From: Epiperipatus broadwayi
Taxonomy: Eukaryota; Animalia; Onychophora
Length of the DNA: 64,000 nucleotides
Direction of reading: 5' to 3'
NCBI GenBank assembly: GCA_028023455.1
Contig: JAQFVV010000005.1
Span: 20,336,001-20,400,000 of the forward strand
The notes beneath the pieces were generated by a model. That model was not told the origin of the DNA, searched no databases, and saw only the letters and a program-made list of their open reading frames with translations. The stretch's first letter is position 1; the number at the start of each line of letters is the position of its first letter. Made by a program: the position numbers and the translations under genes. This document shows, one piece after another, positions 22,657 through 31,789 of this stretch.

Positions 22657-23432
22657 TTAAAGAAGAAACATATAAAAAATGCAATAACAACACAAATAGA
22701 AATTAAATTTTTTTTCTTCTAAATTTTAGGTCACATTCTAATCATCTTAGCGATTTAAAATCAACCAGTAATTGTATTTTTTGCATTTCATCATCATTAA
22801 TTTTCATCACAAAAAGAAAAAAAAAGATGGTTTTAATGTTTATATGTAATTTATTAACTACATGTACATTTATTTATACTAATAATTTTAATCACACATA
22901 AATGATTTTTACTGTGAATCAAATATGTAACATTTATATATATATATGTGTGTGTGTGCGTGTGTGTGTGTGTGAAAGTATAGTTCTGGTTAATTATTTT
23001 TGATAATGTTTTAAAGAATATACCTAATTTTAAAATTAGAATGTGTAATAGGCTTATGTAAATATAGTATATATGGGTGTGTGTGTTTAAAAGATATAAA
23101 ATATAATAATACAAATTTGGCTAGCTCTAGCTTTAGAATATATTACAGGCAACTTAATGAATTAAGCTTAAATCAAGGGACAAACGAGCATTTTAAAATA
23201 TAAAGTAAAAGTAAAAAAATCTCAGTTGGTGACCATATATATATATTGAATAAGATAGGATAAAGTCACTGCTGGATTTTATTCATAAAAATGATATTGA
23301 AAGTTCACATATATTAAAAATAATATTTACAAATTAGGAAGAAGTAACAAAGTCTTTTTTCATTGAATATTAATCTAGGAGAGAGTTATAAACAAATAAT
23401 TTATAATTTTCTATAAACTATATAAAGGAGAA

Positions 23433-23542
23433 GTCAAGCGTTGGTAGCCGAGAGGTCAGCGCAGCCGTCTTGTAAGCAAGCAGTTGTTTGCAGACAGTTG
23501 TCGCGGGTTCACTTCCCAGCCGATGCTTTGACATAGGGGAAT
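23433..23542 (+). mobile_element. tRNA-Gly-derived SINE, copy 5
   Basis: 14-bp TSD TATATAAAGGAGAA at 23419-23432 and 23543-23556; A and B boxes present. Confidence 0.9.
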
Positions 23543-24060
23543 TATATAAAGGAGAATATAAGTATATATAAAAAAAACAAGGTCAAAATTAAATAATTTA
23601 AACTAAAGTTTTCAAAATTTGAAAATGAATTTTATACTTAAAATAAAATATGTTGTGTAATTTCATTCAACAATTAAATTTAATCAAACAATAGGCAATT
23701 AAAGGGAATTATATGAATTTATTAAAGTAAAATAAATAGAGAAAAACAGTAATTAATAATAATTACTGAAAAGAAAATAATAGTAAAAAACAAGGATTAG
23801 AATACAATGAAAAATAAGATTAAAGCTAGGAAGAAAACAAGTGAAGAATTATGGAAGAGATTGTCCTTTAGACAAAGACTATATAAGGAGAAAGAAAAGG
23901 AGGAAAAAATCATCACTTCATGGAATACCAGCATCAAATAGTTTATAAAATTACAAAGTTCATTGAATGTGGAAAGATTCTCATTCTAGATTCGGGAGTG
24001 TTATTTATCAATTAAAGTATTGCTGTTAAAATACTTTTTAGCAGTAATTTAAATTCAACT

Positions 24061-24174
24061 TGTGAAGCGTTGTTAGCCGAGAGGTCAGCGTAGCTACCTT
24101 ACAAGCAAACAGTTGTTTGCAGACGGTTGTTGCGGGTTCGCCTCCCAGCCAATGCTATGACATATGAAAAAAAA
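24061..24174 (+). mobile_element. tRNA-Gly-derived SINE, copy 6
   Basis: Imperfect 13-bp TSD TTTAAATT(C/T)AACT at 24048-24060 and 24176-24188; A tail. Confidence 0.85.
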
Positions 24175-25029
24175 TTTTAAATTTAACTAGGATGATGAAA
24201 TTCTGCATAGGGAAATAACAGAAATGATGTGCTAAATTAACTGATATGAAGCTTAAATAATATAGTTCTACCAACATTGAAAAAAAATACCTTATTTGCC
24301 CTTAAGAAAACAGCTTTCCAACTCCTGCAGCATGCATATTATTATAAATATTAAGATGATTCCAATGTGAATCAGCCAATTGATATGGATTAATTTCATA
24401 TGGCACTACGAATATATGAAAATAAGAGGTCTCAATTATTTACAAAATTTTTACTACGATATCTTTTATGTCTATACTTTCTTTGTTTATTTGTTTACAA
24501 ACACAAATAAAATTGAGTAACTCGTTATTTTTTTGCAAACATGTATTCATATTTAGTCCTCAGTAGTGTTTTGTTTCCACTCCATATTTTATGTACTTAT
24601 ATTTAATTTTAATAATATTATTCCTTTTCTGTGTTTATTAGTTCATTACATTATTCATAAAGTAATAGCGCCACCTAGGTACTCTCCCGCATACAGGTAA
24701 GCTAATTTAGCTCTAACCTTTTATAAATCAAAAACATCAAAAATATGTTTTTTTCTGATTAATAATCGCATATTAAGTAGCTCAAACATAACCTTTTGTT
24801 TAAGAAGATAAATAGTAAAGTTTTAAGACAATTTAATAGGAAAAGCAAATTATCTAATACTGTGATGGAGTCATGGCCGAAAAATAAAAGAGGTTCGAAA
24901 TAATATGTTTATTTGAACTAACGAAAAAGTTAAAAATAGAAGACAGCAATAAATCAATTGTTTGAGTTGTTAAAAGTACAATTGAAAAACAGTTACCATA
25001 AATAATAATAATAAAAAAAAATAGTTTTA

Positions 25030-26559
25030 ATGAGTAACATTATGGAGACTGATAAAAATTTCAGTCTATCAGCCAACACAGCACAAGCCCCAAGTAACAC
25101 ATATGCTACAATTGCAAAAAAATATAACGTTAACGCAAGCCCTAGTGCTAACGTAAATCAGGAGTAGACCCCACAGATTCAGAAGAACTACAGCGGAAGA
25201 TTTAAAGAATCTAAACATATCAGAACAAGATCAAACATTACCTCCCCCACTCACAGTATGGACAGATGAAATGCTAGAAACAATTGGAGAACAATTTAAC
25301 AACACGATACCTCGGACACTCTTTACAACATTTAAAAGATTCTTCACGGACAACTCAGTAGTGTTAGCAGTAACAGACAATCACTGCTCACTATATACTT
25401 TCCCTAAGCCACTTCTACTTGAAGCACTAGAAAAAAATAAAATTATCGACTCAGTCAGTTGTATAGCTGACCATCCGAATAATAGATATGTGGCACTAGA
25501 ATTCAAAAGCTCCGAACAAATAGAACAGTTTAAAAAAAAATTAAAACAATTGGAAATTTTGCAATAATACAAGTTGACCAAAATAAATATAAAAATATAA
25601 CTGGAGTTATCAAAAATACCTACTTTGGGTACAATCTAGATGACTTTCAAAGGATGATGAACCCTTTTGGAAAAGTAACATTTTTCCAACAAACCTATAT
25701 CAAAGAAGCAGCAATCCCAATATTATCAAACAGTTATGAATACAAAGTCAAATTACACAAAGACATAGAACCAGAAAATATCCCAACACATATCACAGAC
25801 CAAGAAGCCACACTTCATCTGTATATAAGAGGCCTCAAACCAAGATGTTTTGCATGTGGAAAAAGAGGACACATAGCGACTGTTTGTAAGGAAAAAAATC
25901 AAGAAAAAAAAGACCAAAGTAATTCCAATTTAGTAGAAACAACTACAGTAAACACAGATAATAACACACAACCGCCAAATTCACACCTTCAAAAACTCAA
26001 CTTAAACAAAGCTAATACAACAACAGAGAAAAATAAAAATGTAAACACTTCTACATCTGTAAACACAGAACAAATAATTGAAATGAAAAAAAAAGAAAAT
26101 GAAGACTCACAGTCTAATGGAAAAAAACCCAAAGATGACACAACAAAAACAATAGAAAATAAAACAGATATCTCTGGCCAAGATAAACACAGAATTCTAA
26201 ACAAGACAGCTACTGAAATCATGGATAAAATTGCAGAAAGTCTTCCAGCAATTGAAAATATAACAAAAGAAAGCAAAAGAAAACAGCAAAAGGAAACAAA
26301 AAAGAGAGAAATTAAAAAAATCAAACCTAATGCAAAAGAACTCCAACCAGCAGAAACGAAAATGCAAGAAAAAGAAAAGAATATAGAAATGGAAACAGAT
26401 GATGAACGACTAACTGATTCAGAATATGACAGTGAAAGTGATCATTTAAAACACGGGCATATAAACACAGACACATACAACCCACAAGCAACACCAGTTT
26501 TAAAAACCAAAAGTACAGACACAGAGACAATACCAACAACAACTAAAAAAATAAAATAG
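25030..26559 (+). pseudogene. ORF1 (gag-like, CCHC zinc knuckle), frameshifted; ~510 aa when reconstructed
   Basis: Three open segments: 25030-25164, 25157-25567 and 25534-26559. CFACGKRGHIATVC knuckle followed by a K/E/T-rich tail. Frame breaks near 25160 and in the A9 run at 25532-25540. Confidence 0.85.
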
Positions 26560-26603
26560 TCAACACATCTCAAAGCAAAAAAATCTATAAATCAAAAACC
26601 AGT

Positions 26604-29600
26604 ATGATTATAAAGGTAGCTGCACTTAATGTAAGGGGTATAAACTCCAAGACAAAAATACAGAATATAAACAAATGGATACAAATCATACAACCAAGCA
26701 TCTTGGGGCTCCTTGAAACTAAAATACATAGTGGATCAAAAATTGACCCAGCACAAGTCATGAGCACACAAGGTTTTTGTGCATGCTCAAGAGACTCATC
26801 TGCACCAGCCAGTGGGACAGGAATATACATAAGCCGGAGTTGTCCCTTCACTACTTTCAAAATAATCTACATAGACTCAAACCTAATAATTACAACTTTT
26901 TACCACAAAAATCTCTCAATCAATATCATATATGTATATATTCCACCAGGGCCAATTATAATCAATAGAATAATTGCAACAATAAACTCAATGCTGGCAA
27001 ACAATCCTTACCCAACAATACTAACAGGGGATTTTAATATGAGCTACCAAAAGTTTGTTAATAAGTGGATTCACCAATTAGCAATACCACTTATGAGTGG
27101 AGAAGGATTCCTACCACCAAACTCCATATCCTTTTATAACAGCAGATATGGAACTCTGATAGACCTGATGTTCTATTCCCCAATGCTGCATCAAGCAATA
27201 GAAATGAGTCTATCCCCCACACATTTCTCAGATCATGCAGTGCAAATAATAAAAATAAATCTAGATACAAACTATAACCAAAAATACTACCTACAGAAAA
27301 CCATAAGAATTCTACTGCCAATCAATACACAGGAAGTTTTTTTCTCAGAAATATATATAGCAATAAACAAACTAAATCAAATGGACCTTGACCCAATAAC
27401 AAAATATATAGCTTTCACAGAAACCATATCTTATAATATCAATCAAATGACACAAAAAACAACCCCACCAACAAAACTCATAACATTGGCAGAAGAAATA
27501 CATAAAAAGATCATAACAGCAAAACCAATCAAAAATAACCAAGAAATCATTGTTAAACTTACACAACTATACAATCAAACATGTAACCAATTAAAACAAT
27601 ATATTGCCATCAAAAAGAAAAAAATATGTTTAACAGAACAACACACTTGGACCCGTGGTTACATTAGGTGGGCATTAGGATATCCCTCAACTAACAAAGT
27701 ACCTATGGCAATTAAAACAGGAAATAAAGTGATAACAGGCTATAACATGATAGAACCCATCTTTCAATACTTCAGAAGTAAACTCACAACAAACAACCAA
27801 TGGAAGATCCCAGAAAATTACTTTGGAAAACCTGAAAATGAAAACCCCTATAAAATAGAAGATTTTGCAAGAATACTCACAACATTACAAAGCACTTGTC
27901 ACCCAGGACCACCCGGGATCCCAAAATTTGTACTAACTCATCTAAGTCAATTTACAAACAAATTATTATGTCAACTAGCAAATCAACTTTCACAAAAATT
28001 ATATAACATACAAGGTCTAATCCCAATATCAATGGTCCCTTTCATGAAAAAAATAGAATCCATCTCGGAAATTACAAATTTAAGACCCATTTCAATGGAG
28101 CCATTAGGAATCAAAATTTTAGAAAAAGTACTAAAAGAAAAGATAGAGCCCTACATCTTACCAATAATATCGGAACATCAATATGCTAAAAAAGGGTCAT
28201 CAACAGGCCAAGCAGCTCTAATTTTTAAAACAATAGTAAATTCAACAATAAAAAGAAAAAAACATGGGCCCATGGTAGTACAATTGGATTTTGAGAGTGC
28301 CTTTGACTCTGTCCCCATCAACAAACTAATCAATCAATTAAAAAAAACAAAAATACCAAGAACAATCTTATACACAATAGCCAACCTACTCCTAAATAGG
28401 GAGATACACATTACGCTAAATGGAAGAACATCACCCACTTTCCATCCTAACCAATCCATCCCCCAGGGATCTCCACTAAGTACACTACTCTTCACACTAT
28501 ACATAAACCCTCTACTTGAAAAAATCAAGGAAAAATTACAAGGAATACAAATAAAAAACACCAATATTTACATACCCTGTATAGCCTACATGGATGATGG
28601 TACGGTTTTTTTACCTTCAAAGAAACATCTACATACACTCCAAAAAATAATAGAAGACTATACAACAAAATTTCATCTGAAAATAAATACTAATAAATCA
28701 GCTGTGTGGTCAATTTTTACTGGGAAAACCAACACACAAATATACCAAGGAAAACCGAATAAGTTTCTGGGTTTCCCATTTCATTTGGGAATGGGGCAGA
28801 TGAGAAGAACAATACAAGACAAAATTTTAACACAAACAGAAAGAATCACAGACTCACTTGCTAAATCATACCTTTCTCTATACTCAAAGGTTGCTCTCTT
28901 CAACCAACTGATAATGACAAAAATCACATACTACCTACCAGTGATAAAGTTTACCAAAAAATTTATATCAACAGTAAACTCCATGTGCAATAAACTACTT
29001 TGGAATAAAAAGGTGGTAGCAATTTCAATGAGGCAAATAAGCCAACCCACAAAACTAAATGGGCTTGGACTACATACAATTTCAACTTTTTACACACAAA
29101 AAATAATAAACCTGCTGATTACAACATTTACAAAGTTTCCAAATATTCAAAAAATAATAGATATAATACCCACTGACCGACCACCTCCCAAAGACAACTA
29201 TATAGCCACACTTTTAGACAGCATAAGAAATCAAAGGGACAAAATAACCCTGTCTAACCCAATTAAATACACATATTGGCACATACATAGCCTAATAGAG
29301 CAGACACAACAAGATATCAACAACAAAATGGTCCTTGAAATAAACAATGCACAGCTCCTAAAAAAATATAAAAATTGGTACCTGGAGCCTAAATTCTTTG
29401 ACTTCATAGTCAAAGTAAATCTGAATGCCTTGCCTACATCACATTTCATCCATTTTAAAAGGTTCTTTACGAAAATAGACCCACTGTGCAGATTGTGCCA
29501 AAGAGAAGAAGAAACACAACATCATTTTCTAAACGATTGTCTGGGCTTGGAAAAGGTAAGACAAATAATGATAAATAACTACCATCAGAAAGACACAACA

Positions 29601-29840
29601 ATGGCAAAAATTCTCCAGGTATACAAAAAAAATGCAATCCCAACAATAAGAGCAGCAACATTTAGCTTGTATGCATATTGGTACACCAGATGTAAATTCA
29701 ATTTTGACTACAATGCAAAACAAAACCTCAACACTTTCCACCACAAGCTAGAAAAAATAAAAGAAAGGGATAACATGCTAGCACCACCAGATATTTTTGC
29801 TGCAACTTGGTCACTGTTTAAACTAAAATCAGCACTATAG
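26604..29840 (+). CDS. ORF2: apurinic-like endonuclease + reverse transcriptase + C-terminal CCHC zinc finger (1078 aa, intact)
   Basis: APE motifs ALNVRG, LLETK, GDFN, IDLMF, SDH. RT motifs NLRPIS, LDFESAFDSV, PQGSPLS, YMDD. Zinc finger CRLC..EETQHHFLNDC. Confidence 0.97.
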   Translation: MIIKVAALNVRGINSKTKIQNINKWIQIIQPSILGLLETKIHSGSKIDPAQVMSTQGFCACSRDSSAPASGTGIYISRSCPFTTFKIIYIDSNLIITTFYHKNLSINIIYVYIPPGPIIINRIIATINSMLANNPYPTILTGDFNMSYQKFVNKWIHQLAIPLMSGEGFLPPNSISFYNSRYGTLIDLMFYSPMLHQAIEMSLSPTHFSDHAVQIIKINLDTNYNQKYYLQKTIRILLPINTQEVFFSEIYIAINKLNQMDLDPITKYIAFTETISYNINQMTQKTTPPTKLITLAEEIHKKIITAKPIKNNQEIIVKLTQLYNQTCNQLKQYIAIKKKKICLTEQHTWTRGYIRWALGYPSTNKVPMAIKTGNKVITGYNMIEPIFQYFRSKLTTNNQWKIPENYFGKPENENPYKIEDFARILTTLQSTCHPGPPGIPKFVLTHLSQFTNKLLCQLANQLSQKLYNIQGLIPISMVPFMKKIESISEITNLRPISMEPLGIKILEKVLKEKIEPYILPIISEHQYAKKGSSTGQAALIFKTIVNSTIKRKKHGPMVVQLDFESAFDSVPINKLINQLKKTKIPRTILYTIANLLLNREIHITLNGRTSPTFHPNQSIPQGSPLSTLLFTLYINPLLEKIKEKLQGIQIKNTNIYIPCIAYMDDGTVFLPSKKHLHTLQKIIEDYTTKFHLKINTNKSAVWSIFTGKTNTQIYQGKPNKFLGFPFHLGMGQMRRTIQDKILTQTERITDSLAKSYLSLYSKVALFNQLIMTKITYYLPVIKFTKKFISTVNSMCNKLLWNKKVVAISMRQISQPTKLNGLGLHTISTFYTQKIINLLITTFTKFPNIQKIIDIIPTDRPPPKDNYIATLLDSIRNQRDKITLSNPIKYTYWHIHSLIEQTQQDINNKMVLEINNAQLLKKYKNWYLEPKFFDFIVKVNLNALPTSHFIHFKRFFTKIDPLCRLCQREEETQHHFLNDCLGLEKVRQIMINNYHQKDTTMAKILQVYKKNAIPTIRAATFSLYAYWYTRCKFNFDYNAKQNLNTFHHKLEKIKERDNMLAPPDIFAATWSLFKLKSAL

Positions 29841-31167
29841 TTGAAAATCAGTAAAAGAGATACAGAATAACACAGCTAAAAAGAAAAAGAACCCAATACA
29901 CCAAAACCAGCAGGACACACATGACAGGGTCCATCAACATAATGTATATATAAAAAAAAATTAGACAAACTGAATTCAGGCAACTTTTGATGCCTTAAGA
30001 GTAGCAAAAACACAACTTAAAGAACACAAGAGAAAGCTCTTTCTCTCATATATCTGTGAACAAACTTATGCCCTACAGAACTGTTTAGACACAGGAACAG
30101 ACTTATGCTTACTGTGTAAGCTCAATCTTACTTATGTAATCATTGTTTTTTAATCAATAAAATATGCTTTGAAACATAAAGTAATAATGTTTATGAGTAA
30201 TTTCAATATCATCAATCGAGATTACATGAAATGAATTAGTTTTGTTATTTAAATTATTTAGTTGTCTGAGCCATTCTTCTCTCATTGGCCTCATCTCAAA
30301 GGTATATATAATAATTCTCCACAACTACTGACAAGTCATGCTCTAAACTGAGAGAAAGATCATATTGTTATTGGTAAAAATGTTGCTGTCAGAAGGTACT
30401 ATATCCATAATGTTCTTTCTAAGAAGGTAGAACTCCAAACCAGGTTTAGCAATTTGAATCTATCCAGAAAAAATAAATACTTATGAGTGAACATTAAGTG
30501 CGACCCTCTGAGGGATGATTTGATATTTGATGACAGGAAACATAACCAGGATACTTTATACAAGCAGTTGCATAAGGAGCAGAAGGTTTGTTCATCATCA
30601 TCATCAATATCCATTCTAGTCAAATTAAATGAGTTAAATGTAAACTTTAATTAATTTTGTTAAAATGATGATTTACATATTAATTTTTGTTTATATGCCA
30701 GAAGTTATGAAACATCAGTTGAGATGCCATCACCATCATCCATCATTTAAATTCCTGATATAATAGTGTTTGGTGCTATCCACAAATTTTAGGCATTATG
30801 AGGAGGGCTTTGTAACTAAATGACATGTGGGTATAAAACTCCCATTATAATAAAAAAAATTCAATTTTTACGCAGAAATTGTTTTGTTATGTAAAGAGAG
30901 GATAAAAACAAACCATATATATATATATAATGAAGAAATTAACAGATTAAAATTAAAGTACATAAATTATTGTTTTTTTAACTCATATTCTTCATAATTA
31001 ACATTTTCTATAGAAATGAACTTTTTACTACAGTGATATGCGGTAATTGTAGTTACAAAGATATTCTTAAAATATTTGAATTTTCAAGCCATTGATTCTG
31101 AATAAATAAAAGCAAAAAGTGATCATTTAATAAAAAATATTGTAAAATACAGAGCCTCCTACTAGAG

Positions 31168-31353
31168 CAGCAGTCCTCAACTTGTGGGTCGTGATCCCTT
31201 TAAGGGACAAACAACCCTTTCACAAAGGTCACCTAGACCATTGGGAAATACATATTTTCGATTCATAACAGTAGCAAAATTAAAGGTTGGGGGCACCACA
31301 ACATAAGGAACTGTATTAAAGGGTCACGGCATTAGGAAGGGTGAGAGCCACTG
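31168..31353. mobile_element. SPIN/URR1-like non-autonomous hAT (Charlie-group) MITE
   Basis: Perfect 8-bp TSD TACTAGAG (31160-31167, 31354-31361) and CAG...CTG termini. The body closely follows the URR1/SPIN consensus as I recall it (CTCAAC.TGTGGGTC, GATTCATAACAGTAGCAAAATTA, GGAACTGTATTAAAGGGTC, CATTAGGAAGG), with CpG-type changes and a central deletion. Confidence 0.9.
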
Positions 31354-31789
31354 TACTAGAGGAAGGCCAATTAGCCATATCTGAATATTAATGTATTGCC
31401 ATCTAGTGGTCAATGAATTTTTTACTCATTGCTTACATTGTGGTATCTGAAGTTTGAAGAAAGATAATGCTATTGTCAGTTAATGTAAGTTTGGGTAGTC
31501 AGAGAATATTAAATATTTATTATTGATTACAAAAATTACCTATACAAATATGACACATGGTTGGAGTTAAAAGCAATTATTACAATATAAAAAAGAAATT
31601 ATTAATTAAACTAATAAAACACTTTTTTAAATATAAAATTCCAACATTAAAAAGAATTAAATTAAAAATTAGCTTTAATAATTGTATGTTAAGTAAAACA
31701 CACACACAAATTATATAAAAACTAAAAAATATCACATTTTACTTTATTGTACAAATGATTTAGACAATTCAGAAGAATAAAAGTAATAA

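Larger units (their letters stand above)
24668..30174 (+). mobile_element. Full-length L1/Tx1-type non-LTR retrotransposon (~5.5 kb)
   Basis: Two ORFs. 12-bp direct repeat CATAAAGTAATA at 24656-24667 and 30175-30186. Starts with GC-rich GCGCCACCTAGG; AATAAA at 30156-30161. Confidence 0.8.

Noticed and set aside
22545-24174. Three tRNA-like sequences as a functional tRNA gene cluster
   Set aside because: Variable anticodon loops, an inserted arm, TSDs and tails show they are SINE copies.
25381-29744. Minus-strand and alternative-frame ORFs within the L1/Tx1 element
   Set aside because: Shadow frames of the A-rich ORF1/ORF2 with no independent signals.
29951-29960. A9 tract as the 3' end of the L1/Tx1 element
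   Set aside because: No matching TSD there; the 12-bp direct repeat is found at 30175.
30399-30623. 74-aa minus-strand ORF MTRMDIDDDDEQTFCSLC…
   Set aside because: The acidic start comes from a (TCA)n microsatellite; no recognisable homology or splice support.
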